A DNA stretch of 64,000 nt. Source: Vicugna vicugna (Eukaryota). Below, in pieces: positions 52,847 to 64,000 of the stretch. The translations under genes and the position numbers were made by a program. The DNA is taken from contig MU058844.1 in NCBI GenBank assembly GCA_013265495.1, positions 11,554,184-11,618,183 on the forward strand, in the 5' to 3' direction. The notes below the pieces were generated by a model. It saw nothing but the letters and a program-made list of their open reading frames with translations, searched no databases and was not told the origin of the DNA. Position 1 is the first letter of the stretch. Each line of letters starts with the position of its first letter.

Positions 52847-53007
52847 CCAAGTTGGAAAAGTGGTATTTTCCTGTTGCAGAAGACGACATGGCAGAAGGGG
52901 AGACCAGGGGTGACTGACTGCCGGTGTCCTGCAGCCCTCCAGTGGAATGCGAGCGTAACCACTCTTTGCCCTCTTCTTGGTTGGCCTGCCGAGATGACGG
53001 GGTGTAT
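52847..53007 (-). CDS. NAV3: NAV3 coding exon (161 nt): YTPSSRQANQEEGKEWLRSHSTGGLQDTGSQSPLVSPSAMSSSATGKYHFSNL
   Basis: Acceptor gttttgcag|A and donor TGG|gtaaaa. Lies within ORF 52698..53078(-). Phase 2 to 1. Confidence 0.96.
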
Positions 53008-54400
53008 CTGCAAAACAGCACAGCTAAGACGCTTAAGCACATCTGCAAGGGCAAGGTAGTATCAGGACAAGAACACAATAGAGAGGAGCTGACTATTCAG
53101 ACTGAACAACATTCTCAGACAGATTGAATCTAATTATAATTGCTTAGTTCTTCCAGATGATTTGACACCATCTGTTTGAATCTCACAGGGAAAAAAAATA
53201 AAGGATTTTGAAAAGAAAATTATGCTTCTGTGAGATATGTAGTTGAAAATCATGAGCAATGAGCAGACAGCCAGGTTAATTGAGAGGAGCTCAAAAGCAC
53301 ACTGTTCAGAAGGATGAGAAGAGGGTGAAAAGCTCAATATGGTGGACAGGAGTAGGCTGGAAGCCAAGGCAACGGGAGTGATGGCCACAGCAAGACAGAG
53401 GAAATAGAATACAAACTGACAGATCTTTTTTAAAAGAAAGGGAAAACATTTACTTGGTTAAAATGACACTTGACACCATGTCTGGATTTAAAAAAAAAAT
53501 GGAGAGAAAAATGGGCTTACTTTATTAAAAAATAAATTTCTGGAACAAAATTGTAAAATGGAATAATTGCAAGCTCTTTGCTATTGCTAAGGAACTGGAG
53601 AGAAGAAGGATAACAGAGAAAGACCTATTTGGCCAGCATTCAATTTCACCAGAGTAAGTAAATTCTTGGTACTAAAGAGCAGTCAACTTACTGTGTTCAT
53701 ATGGTGTTAAATCTCTGTTAGTAGTTCATTCTGTATTTTCTAATCAGATAAAAGTATACAATAAAGGATGGCCACGCATTCAATTTGCATTTCCTTTTTT
53801 ATGATGAACTGAATAGTTATTTTGAGATTATGATGTGATATTAGACTAATTTGTGTCTAAATTGATCTGATAAGATACCAGCACTCCAGAAAAATAGAAA
53901 ACAAAACTTTTGAGTTTTTACCAAAAGGATTCTTTAAAAATTCATACCTCAGTTACCATATGTGTCCTCTGATGATGAAAACAGATTTTCTTTGATTCAA
54001 ATTAGAGCATCCTTCAACGTTTCAACATTCACTGGCCATATATGTGGACTATGTGGGTTGAGGTTTTATAAGCGTATGCCTCCAATGTGTAAACGTTAGA
54101 AAAATCCACTTTATTTTAATTTTCAGAAGTGAGTTCTAAATTCTATGAAAAGTTGCTGCCCCCAGAATAATGGCTTTTACATTAGATTTAATTTCTTGAC
54201 TTTTGGCCTCAATGAAAATCTCTACCTGAGGGCTATCTCACCAACTCCTCAGGCCAGAGAAAACATTAGGATTGAAAGCGATTTCATCCTCGATGTCAGG
54301 TGCTTCTTTGCAAACAAAGAAAGAAAGAAGTAAAGAGACAGCACACAAAATTTACGTAACAACAGAGAAAGGCAGCAGTGGTGCTGAGAGAAATATATAC

Positions 54401-54442
54401 CTTAGTCCCTTTTTGGGTAGTGTATTTCTGTCAAGCTGCATG
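54401..54442 (-). CDS. NAV3: NAV3 42-nt frame-preserving exon: (S)MQLDRNTLPKKGL(R)
   Basis: Acceptor gttttaacag|C and donor AAG|gtatat. LDRNTLPKKGLR is a recognisable navigator-family motif. Phase 2 to 2, so it can be skipped in frame. Confidence 0.93.
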
Positions 54443-57400
54443 CTGTTAAAACAAAGAAAATCCCTAAGGACATAATGTAAACAGAACTTCCAAATTGCAC
54501 ATCCAACATAAACGGTTCTCTGAATTACACAAAAAAAGGTTCTTTTGGTAACACATATTTAACGCTCAACTCATTGGAAAAGGCCAACCAAAAGAGACCA
54601 GATGTCCATTGTTGTCATACATTCAATGATTATGTAGTGACAGGACTATCAGAAGATAGATTGAATTATATGTTAACATAATTCTCCTCGAGATTCCATA
54701 CACCCAGTGCTTTGGCAGTTTTTCCTTCCCCATGCCAATCACTAGACCTCTGCTGCGACTGCATGTGCAGGAGAATCACAGGGGTGGAGATGAGGAAGAT
54801 CTTCTCTGCCTAAGTTAGTGACAAGTTCCAATGGACAGAGAAGGTGTAAAAAATGTTAATACTTATTTTTTGTATTTAAATGATCTTTAATAAAAATAAA
54901 GGCAGACGTATTGCCATTTACCTATAAGAGAATAAAGATAATACATATCTGCTTGAAGTATAAGCTTGCTTCTGGTATCATTTATTTAAATATTCTCATG
55001 AAATTAAACTACGTCATCTTTTAGAAATTATAAATTAGATGTTTAAAAGGCTGTAAGTTTTCAGTCTCTATTTTAAAGAAGTTTCCATTGGTCCTAGAAA
55101 GGGATGAAAGAATGTGTCTGGAGAAAATGAGAAATGGCCTCTAAAAATAGAGGAAGAGGGTGGCAATAACTAAGTGGAACAAGTCTAGGGAGTTCTGTCA
55201 TAATCTCTGGGTCACCAAAGAGCACAATTAATTTGCATTTGCAGAATGATAGCTCTCTTCCATTAGAACCTCAAACAATCAAAATTAAAAACACAGGATA
55301 TGCATAATGGGGATGACATAACATGAATGCAGACATATTGACTTGAAATGTAATCACTCAAAAATCAAAGCTAAAATGTTTTCTTCTATGTGTGCTCTGT
55401 TCTTTAGCACTTCAACAGAAAGCATCCAAAAGCACCCTACAACTTTTATGTATCAGAAATGTCCAAATAAGGTATATTGTGTAGAGGCCAGTTCTGGTAT
55501 ATATCTTGATTACAGAAGTGTTTTTAGTGGTGTGGATAAACCAGCAAACAGAAAGGAATCATACTGAATAAATACGAGACCTTTAAATATCAACTACGTT
55601 ATGCCGAAGCATTAATAAAGTCATAGGCAACTTTAAAGATGGTATTGTTCCCGTGTGAAAAATTTTTAAAATTTAACCTTACAGAGGACATTGAAAATAG
55701 GCATTGTTTTGGCCGTGCTATTAATTGGATAAACATTATATGTTCGTATGAGGCAGAGAATTTAATCAAATAAAAATCAGGAAAACACTGTTTACCAATA
55801 TAAGTTAAAACTTTAAGTAGAAATATGTATTTGAATCTGCATATTAATAATTTTATAATACAGATACTTTTCTCAAACCCTAAAAGGTCAAAAATGTACA
55901 TGCCTGCAGGAGTCAAAAAGCAGTGGGAATGCGTGGAGAAGGAATTTTAACCAACAGTCTGAAGACGCTGTTTGCCTAAAGCCAGGAGATGCTGTACAGG
56001 ACTGTAAAGGTGGGGCAGCCAGATCTGATATTTAAAAACAAGCCAGAAATTTGTAAAGTTGGCTACAACTATAAGTTACTTTTAAATTTAAAACTGAAAA
56101 ACAAAAAAATTACTTTTAAGGTTCGATTTGGTCACAAAGAACAAAACAAACAAAATAAATGAGAATTAGTGATAGCCAACGCCACCAATAATCTAGAGTA
56201 GTTAGAGAGAATATCGTTAAAGAATTCATTTGTTTGTTTATTTACGATATTTTAATGGGCGGAAATTTAAACCAAAATTAAAATTTTTATGAAAAACTGT
56301 TGATTTACTAGTACTAGAACCTTGAATATCAATAAAGTATTCTGAAATTGTAGATAAACAGGTAAGTCATGAATCTGCCTACATCTCTATTGCATCTTTC
56401 TAATTATTTTGTCTTAAATATTTACTCTTTAGCACAGATTCCCTCAAGTATGGCTCTCTGGTCTCTGCAGTGTTCCCAATATTCTGCGGACTTAATTATA
56501 GTAAAGCTAGGATCTTTGATACAATCTATTTTTCTCTTCAACAGATCATAAAGTTCTCGGGGGTACTTTGAAGGATTAGAATAAATTGCTTTGGCTTGCA
56601 ATTTTGTTCCCAGGAAAGGAAAAAGTGCAGCATCTTATATTAAAAATTATTTCAATCCAGTAATTGATTGGAAGAAACTAGTCACTGTTCTATCTTATAT
56701 AATATACCTCTGGAGGTAATTTGCTTTTCACAGTTTAATATTCATCAATATGTTTTACTAAGAATCAAGTTTAAAGCATTCATTTATTCAAGATTAGTTT
56801 ATTTAAAGTTTATTTTAGAAAAATTCTTGATTTGGCTACTTACAATACTAGAATCCTCCCATTTGTAAAACTGGTCTATTTCAAAGATTGAAAATAATAA
56901 TTAAAAAAAAAATTGCCTACAGAGAATAGGTAACTGTATACTTTCCAGTGTGTTTCTGTAGTGAAAATATATACTGATTTTTGCTAAAATATAGATCAAA
57001 GTAAACTATTAACATTGCATTTATATTATAGCTATAAAACTCATCAGTCTTACCACCCAGTTTTATTTGAGGGTTACTTGCTTACAAATAGTTACCTGAC
57101 CATTTTTCTCTGTTTTTAATGTATGAATGTCAAAGAAATAGGTTGATGGCTAAATGGTCAACTTGCTGCAGTTACATTTATGATTAAAAAATCATTAGCA
57201 TTTTGGAGGGTGATTCTGGTTAACAGATCATAACCTATTTGCAGCATGCTTACTCTGAGGTGACGTGCCAATATCAGTCATAGGCCGAACAAAAGTTTGG
57301 GAAAGGTATCAGGCACTTTCAGCGACCAATGGTGCTTTTACAGATAACACAATAAAGATACATAGCCAAGACCATTTCTGAAAACTTTAGGTGTGGCAGG

Positions 57401-58177
57401 AAACAAAAACAATTAAGTTCATCAGGGAAAAAGGGGCAGTTTTAAGACATGCTCCTAGTGGAAAGAGTACCAAAATATCTGAGAAATAGTTTTGGGGGGA
57501 AGAGTATCTGGAGCCATCTTTGATGCTTTCTGATAAGTCTGCTAGGTAAGGAATGCCTCACTATGTTCTTCACTTTAAGTTTAAAAGAAAATAGTAATTC
57601 ATTAAATTAATGGGAAACATCTCAGAAAGTGGTGTCTCTTCAAAGGGCCTATTAAAGAGTCACTGGTGTAATTTTCTCTAAGATTGCGTATCTGACAACG
57701 GATCTGTTTGCTAGTTCAACTAGGATTCCCAGTGACCCATTTGCTATTTTTCCACAGAAATGCTAATATAGCAAATTTAACATTTCACTCAGAGCACCAT
57801 TTTAACTTGGACTTGAAAATGCTGAAATTATCTGGAGGAGATATGCTGTCCTGGAGCTGAGGCCAAATCACTGATACGTCTCGAGAAAACATTCAATACA
57901 TAAATACATGCTTTGAATTGTATTCAAATTGCCTATTGAGTGTGTATATATGTACATTCACATTAAGAAACTAATTATCCCATTTTCTTATCCTTAAAGG
58001 TTACTTCCTTCTGCAATCTCGGGAGGAAGCCCATACAAAGGGCCCAGTCGCATCCATCCTACGTCCCTTTGCAAGTGGCACTCCCACTGAAATCAAGGGA
58101 ACGTCACAGGGGAGGGGGGAGGCGCCGTGCAGGGAGGAGGGGGTGAGGGCTTCACGGACGCCTCCGGGAAAGCTCAC

Positions 58178-58666
58178 CTTTCTGAGAGAGTAGATCTCAC
58201 ACTACCCGTTCTCACGAGCAGGCTCTGCACCTCGTGGGTGCCTGTGGTCAGTCCAGACAGGGAGCCATGGTGGCTGAGGGGGAGGTCAATGGACTCCGAG
58301 CTCGTGTGGAGGCTAGTCATGGACTGGTAGCTCGGAGTGTCCTTGCTGCCAGCAGAGGAACTGCTCAGGTTGGCAGCCCACACGAGACCACCCGAGGCGA
58401 AAGAGTGAACCGACGCGGGGCTGGAAGCCAACGAGTGACTTAAGCTTATGACATCTGTAGTTAGGTCTGAGGGCTTATTGAAGAGAGGGCTACTGCTGCC
58501 ACTGAGCCCGCCAGCGCTGCCCAGGCTGCCCGTGCCGGACGACGGCGACTCCAGACTGCCTTGCCGCGCTAATGTGGTACTAGGACTGGGCATTACTGGG
58601 GAGGATTTCACACCCTCCGTGCTAGGTGCGGAGGCAGATTTGCCACCTGCCTTGGCCCCAAACAAC
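58178..58666 (-). CDS. NAV3: NAV3 coding exon (489 nt): (R)LFGAKAGGKSASAP...RTGSVRSTLSE(S)
   Basis: Acceptor ttcttttag|G and donor AAG|gtgagc. Corresponds to ORF 58174..58665(-). Phase 2 to 2. Confidence 0.97.
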
Positions 58667-59321
58667 CTAAAAGAAAAACAAATAACAACTTCAGTTGTTC
58701 CGAGACACTAACAGCCACATTTCATATTTCGGGTTACAGTACACAGAGCCAGGTGCGCTTCAGTGGACCCAGCACCGAGCGCTTCCTGTCTCTGTGTTAA
58801 TGAACTTGAGAAACTTGAACTTCTTTATCCAGTGCCCCAAATCTCTCCTGTCACCATAAGGGTAAGTCAGCCGGTACTGGGCTGTACCCCTCGATGGTGG
58901 GAGGACACAGGCCAAACAAAAGGAAACAGAGCTCAAAAGTGGAAATCCCTGGTTTGCACAATTAAGTGTTCATGAGACTTTTTTTGCAAAGATGAAATCG
59001 TTTGACCACATTTGTTGTTACCTATTTAGAGAACCATTATAATGAAACAACTTCTACGCATTCGGTATATGACACTGAAATGATTTTTCTTTCTTTCTTT
59101 CTTTCTTTTTTCATTTTAACAGTTTTTCCAAAATCTCAAAGGAATGCTTAAGGCAAGGTTTTGGAGGTTATGTTGTGTAGCTGGTGGCCTGAGTGGTTGT
59201 CAGAGACTAGTTGGTTAGAAACAACATTGGATGTTGTTGGCAACATGTTGGTTTGTCTATTTTCCCCAAGAAAGACCAAAGGGTTTTATGTCAGTTGCCA
59301 GTGCTAGTCAAATACATATTT

Positions 59322-59460
59322 GCTTTTCCTTTTTTTTTTTTTGGGTAGAGGAGGTAATTTGGTTTATTTAGTTATTTTTTTTAATGGAGGTACTGAGAAT
59401 TGAAGCCAGGACCTCGTGCATGCTAACCATGCACTCTACCACTGAGTGTACCCTCCCCGC
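59322..59460 (-). mobile_element. tRNA-derived SINE (Vic-1-like)
   Basis: Reverse complement of the family seen at 2560 and 10135: T tract, gaggtaatt, gaggtactg...ccaggacctcgtgcatgct...ctctaccactgag...ccctcccc. Flanks tcaaatacata and tcaaatatata. Confidence 0.85.
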
Positions 59461-59704
59461 CTCAAATATATACCTTTAAGAGTGATTTGAAACACAGTTG
59501 GTGCTAAGTTAGATGTTGGAGTTTAGTTCAGAAAACATTTTAGTTTTGCAAATGAAGCAGATGATATAATTAAATTTATGTAAATGTGGAAATAAAGTGA
59601 TATGAAGTAATGGCATAATGATTACTAATTAAGCTGCAATGAAATCTGTATTTCCTATAGCAAAATATTTTATGACGAATATGAGAAATTGTTTCATAGG
59701 TAAT

Positions 59705-59723
59705 GGGCCACTGGAGGGCACTA
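59705..59723 (+). promoter_or_regulatory. CTCF-like motif GGGCCACTGGAGGGCACTA
   Basis: One mismatch (A>G) to CCACTAGAGGGCAC. Motif only. Confidence 0.4.
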
Positions 59724-60744
59724 TTGGCTTTTACTTAAGCAACAGAAACAGTTATTCTCACAACAAAGATTATTCTTTCCAGTGAGAATCAACATTTCAA
59801 AAAGTCAGTTCTTCAGCATTAATATTTCTACTGAGGAATCTAAAAACTCTAGGTTTTTCAAACAATCATGTACTGAGATTGCTTGAAATGTAAAAGTAAA
59901 TGTCAAGACCCTCTATTTCCCAGGTATCAAGGCTCTTGATTTAGTCAGCATAATAAAAGCAAACATTAAAAATATTTAACATGTAACAGACTATAAATTA
60001 TACTCTATCATTTCATAGATGGGGAAACAGACCTAGAGAGATTTAACTATTTGTCCCAAGTTTTAACAGTATGTATTTTCCTGCCACTTAAAACACACCA
60101 GTATTTAAAAACAGGGCTATCTCATGGCAGAATTCTGCACGTTCAATAACAAAGACAGTTTCTGTGCAGAAACCAAGCCCTGCTTGGTTTCTCAGAGTCA
60201 TAGCAAAGAAACATGACAAAGAATTAGAAAACCTAGCCCATTCCTTAGTTATAATCTTGTACCAAACATCCAAATGTTTTCAAGTTCTGTCAGTCATACC
60301 ATGCCGTGATTTTCATTAACATGTCAAGACACGATACTGTATAAATCTGTCCACTGTGACCTGGTACTGTGCAAGGGATACAATTTCATCCACCGTCGTG
60401 ATCATCAGCTCATTAAGAGCCAGCAACATAATAAATACTAGAATGAATACCAACAGCCATGAAGACTTATTTGGTTTGATTTGATTTTTAACTGTGGAAA
60501 GATGAAAATCTATGGAAATTTTACAAGCTACTGCTTTATTTTATCACTTCCCCTAGGTACTGCCATCTGCTTTCAAGTCTCTCATGAATGTTGTTTCTGG
60601 TGCTAATACTGCAATGATAGCAAGACTGCAAAGTCTGAGCATTTCTCACCATGAGCCGTATTTTTTCACTAAGCTATTGATATCATCAGCTTCTTAAAAC
60701 TCGTACTCAGAAACTAAGTAAGATTCTAAGATATATGTATCATA

Positions 60745-60751
60745 GTGTGTA

Positions 60752-60806
<55 letters not shown>
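60745..60806. repeat. Compound (TG)n(TA)n microsatellite
   Basis: Directly visible, about 110 nt into the intron after the 709-nt exon. Confidence 0.95.
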
Positions 60807-60808
<2 letters not shown>

Positions 60809-60917
60809 CATATATTTAGGATATATACTTATCTTTTATAGGATAGTATATAGGATACATCTATACCCTGAGGTACAGCATTTTGTATTTTCCCAGCATC
60901 ATCTGACGCATTCTTAC

Positions 60918-61626
60918 CTTCGAAATGTCGGAGAGGCAATGTCAGGATACTTGGATCCTGGCTGCCGGAGCCCTTGGGTCCCACAGGCACTAGCAGATGT
61001 GGGGCTGGATTTGGGGGAACCTGACAGAGAAACACTCTCTGAATCTGAGACTGCTACTTTTTCCTTCTCCTTGTCCGTCTGGTTGACAGTGACAGGACTG
61101 GAACGCCCCGACCCAATCTTGGTGGGTTCTCTGAGTTTTGAGGTGGTGGCCCCGGCTGACTTGCTGCTGACGTTGGAATCAATGCTGCTGGTGCTGGATC
61201 TGTGGCCACCTCTGCCCGGGATGCCGCTGGGGCTGGATTTCGAAGGGCGGGGCAAGCTGCGGTACTGGAGGGAAGTCTTGGAGCTAACATGCAGCACCAC
61301 ATCATCCTGATTCTGGGAGCCATCCAAACTGGTTTTCCTCCCCGCACCGGCCTTCCCACCGATGGCGGCAGATTTGGGGATTTTACCCAGCGTTGCGGAA
61401 CCGCTCGTTATGGCGGCTCCACTGCTTGTGACCATCGGAGATGACCCCACCCCGCTTGGTTTCTTAAACCCGAAAGAGCCAGTGGCCGTTGATCTTCCAA
61501 TGCCCGAGGGCGGCTTTTTCCCCTCATCCCCACTGCTTTTTCCTGCATCCGAAGGAGACCTCTGTAGAGACGATCCTTTCAGGGGAGTCTTCCCTTTTTC
61601 AGAAGCTTTGGCATCATCGGTTTTTC
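60918..61626 (-). CDS. NAV3: NAV3 coding exon (709 nt): GKTDDAKASEKG...GKIPKS...YRSLPRPSKSSPSGIPGRGG...KYPDIASPTFR(R); Ser/basic microtubule-binding region
   Basis: Acceptor ttaattag|GA and donor AAG|gtaaga. Overlaps ORF 60914..61450(-). Contains the SxIP-like motif SGIP. Confidence 0.97.
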
Positions 61627-61710
61627 CTAATTAAGGAGAAATACACAAATTCATATGCCTGTGCATTAACACTCTCTTTTTTCATCAAGTCTAATTCAGA
61701 CATGATGTTT

Positions 61711-62199
61711 AAAAAGTTGTGGTAGATATGTACAATGGAATACTACTCAGCCATAAAAAGAATAAAATAATGCCATTTGCATCAACATGGATGGACCTGG
61801 AGATTCTCATACTAAATGAAGAGAAGGACTAATACTGTATGATATCACTTCTATGTGGAATCTAAAAACAATGGCACAAATGAACTTATTTACAAAACAG
61901 AAACAGACTCACAGACAGAAAACAAACTTATGGTTACCAGAGAAGGAAAGGGGGTGGGAAGGGATAAATTAGAAGTTCAGGATTTGCAGATATTAACTAC
62001 TATATGCAAAATAGATAAACAACAAGGTCCTACTGTATAGCATAGAGAACTATATTCAATATCTTGTAATGGCCTATAATGAAAAAGAATATGAAAAGGA
62101 ATGTATATATGTATAACTGAATCACTATGCTGTACACTAGAAATTAATATATTGTAAACCGACTATACTTCAATAAAAAAAAAAAGAAAGTGAAAAAAA
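61711..62199 (+). mobile_element. Artiodactyl-type L1 3' end fragment with TSD
   Basis: tacaatggaatactactcagccataaaaagaat...catggatggacctggag...ctatacttcaat then an A tail. atgatgttt is duplicated at 61702-61710 and 62200-62208. Confidence 0.92.
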
Positions 62200-62625
62200 A
62201 TGATGTTTCATATCTCCAGCATTCCAACCCTGGAATGTGACTGCTCTTGCTTCTCAGAGTTGGAAGTGAAATGCAGGTGCATAGTTAAAATAAGTATTCC
62301 AAACTTTCATAAGAAAGTCAGAATGAAAGCAATTTTATTATTATTATTTTTTGAATAAGTAGGCTTACTGGACTTCCATGTCACCAGAAATGACTCTGGC
62401 AAAATAAAGACCCTCACCAAATTAGGATGGTGCTCTGTGGAGAATGCCTGGAATGCTAAGTTTATGTGGACTTCCATGATAAAGCATGTGAAATTTAGAC
62501 AGAAAATATTAAACAGTATGAAGAATCTGATTTAATTAAGAAAAGCTACTATAAAGACAACAAAGATTGAATGGAAGCAATAAATGAAAACAATCTGGCA
62601 TAACAGCTGCCAGAGACAAGCCTAC

Positions 62626-62896
62626 CAGGGGTCTTGAGTGCACTGGTCCCAGCTTTCTGCCTAGATGGCGTTCCTCCTTGGGCGGACATGCCCCTCCTCC
62701 AGGAACCTGTCTGTGAAACAGACAGGGAGGTTTTCTGCCCCGCCTTCTCGGGGTCTTCAGGAAGTCCGGCGGAAACGCTCTTCCACTTGCCACCCCCATC
62801 CCCCTGGCTATCAAAGTCCTCCTCGGTTTTTTTCAGTTCCTCTGTACTATCCCAGGGCTCCTCTGCTGCAGATCGTTTTTCTGAATCGGTCTTCAG
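62626..62896 (-). CDS. NAV3: NAV3 coding exon (271 nt): LKTDSEKRSAAEEPWDS...SWRRGMSAQGGTPSRQKAGTSALKTP(G)
   Basis: Acceptor ttcttcgtag|CTG and donor CTG|gtaggc. Phase 0 to 1, in frame with both neighbours. Confidence 0.95.
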
Positions 62897-63528
62897 CTAC
62901 GAAGAAAAAAAGGTGACAGAAAAACTTTGTGTAGAAAAATCTATCAAGCACTGGAGTGTACTTTCAGATGACTGGTTAAAAAAAAAAAAGAGGAACAGTG
63001 ATTTATATTTCAAAAGAATTCCAGAGACTCCTCTATTTTTATCTCTGTCTTCATTTAAGTTTCATTAATTTTAGCTGTATAATTCTCACTTGCACATATT
63101 AGAGAAATGTCAGGAGAAATGTGTGCAGAAAACCCCAATTAAGCACTCCAGAGAGGGAGGCATTTTTTATGTCAAATCTAACAAGGAGAAGTAAGACAAG
63201 ATAAAACTTAATTATGTAATATCCATTCTCGATTCATCATTCTCAAGAGGTCCAGCAAGGCATCTCAGAGATCAATATAAAATTAATCAAGTAAAGTCCA
63301 AAATTAGACTATTAAAATCAGTTTTAGATTCCTAAACAAATATATCAATATTATAAACAAACATATGGCAACAGAAGACACTGTGGATTAGATTGTAATC
63401 AACTGAAAAAATGTATAAATAAGCTGCTTCATTTTATGCAGAGGTTGTGCTATATGTCAATGCAATGTACCATAATTTTTGGAAAAATCTGGCAGAAGCA
63501 CTGGAAAGAGGAAGAAGGTGATTCTCAC

Positions 63529-63661
63529 CTGAGTGTTCTTCCGGGAAGGGACTGTGATGTTGGAGTAAGAGCTGACTGAGGAAGTGGTGTTCAAGTCATC
63601 AGTGCTGATGTTATCCAGGGTGTCACTGAGACCACTGCTCACCGAACTGCTGTCATCCCAG
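63529..63661 (-). CDS. NAV3: NAV3 coding exon (133 nt): (S)WDDSSSVSSGLSDTLDNISTDDLNTTSSVSSYSNITVPSRKNTQ
   Basis: Acceptor ttgtctttag|C and donor CAG|gtgaga. The peptide matches neuron navigator 3 as I recall it. Phase 2 to 0. Confidence 0.96.
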
Positions 63662-63760
63662 CTAAAGACAAGACACACAGCAGCGATGAACTAAACACAG
63701 GATGCACAATGCAAGTCACCCATATTTCCACTTAACACGTACCAGGCACTGGGGAGAGAA

Positions 63761-64000
63761 TTCTTGTTTTTTTCTTCTTTCATTGAAGTATAATCCAAAA
63801 ATGGGCAGAAGACCTAAACAAGCATGTCTCCAATGAAGACATACAGATGGCCAAAGGCACATGAAAAAAATGCTCAGTGTTGCTAATTATCAGAGAAGCC
63901 AAATCAAAACTACAATGAGGTATCACCTCACACCAGTCAGAATGGTCATCATTCAAAAGTCCATGAATGATAAATCCTGGAGAGGCTGTGGAGAAAAGGG
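63761..64000. mobile_element. L1 insertion running off the window: a minus-strand 3' tip and poly(A) joined to a plus-strand ORF2 C-terminal segment
   Basis: 63761-63792 is the reverse complement of tatacttcaat plus A tail. 63793 onward is sense L1: atccaaaaatgggcagaagacctaaac...aatgaggtatcacctcacaccagtcagaatgg. Confidence 0.85.

Noticed and set aside
53134..53388. Minus-strand ORF with an in-phase acceptor (ggcttccag|C) upstream of the YTPSS exon
   Set aside because: I found no convincing donor, read-through hits a stop, and the peptide has no navigator-like features.
57250..57330. Donor-like AGA|gtaagc in the intron where NAV2 has an extra exon as I recall
   Set aside because: The nearest acceptor gives an immediate stop, and there is no similarity to the NAV2 peptide.
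60735..61725. Plus-strand ORFs of up to 191 aa (similar ones at 58127-58711, 62634-63068, 7649-7939 and 10979-11275)
   Set aside because: They are antisense shadows of GC-rich NAV3 exons, one extended by a microsatellite. There is no independent evidence of a gene.

Overview
AT-rich mammalian genomic DNA, probably camelid, since it carries three tRNA-derived SINEs of the Vic-1 type. The whole window lies inside the NAV3 (neuron navigator 3) gene, transcribed on the minus strand. I traced 20 consecutive GT-AG coding exons by hand from 63661 down to 3. Together they give 3250 nt (about 1083 codons) with consistent phases and no stops. They cover the Ser-rich microtubule-binding region, the coiled coils and the approach to the C-terminal AAA+ domain, and include 21-, 24-, 42- and 66-nt frame-preserving small exons, none of which is called in the NAV3 frame in the ORF track. 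Introns hold L1, L2, MIR, MLT1, MER3 and MER102 relics and microsatellites; repeat family names come from remembered consensus sequences, not from a search. No new multi-gene system is evident. The most interesting signals are candidate unannotated NAV3 splice or promoter elements (a dual-donor 30-nt exon or alternative first exon near 49.0 kb, an in-frame upstream acceptor near 44.8 kb, two poison-exon candidates), SRRM4/RBFOX-type motifs and CTCF motifs beside the small exons, and unusual insertion scars (a ~46-bp L1 target duplication, a twin-primed L1, two dispersed local duplications).
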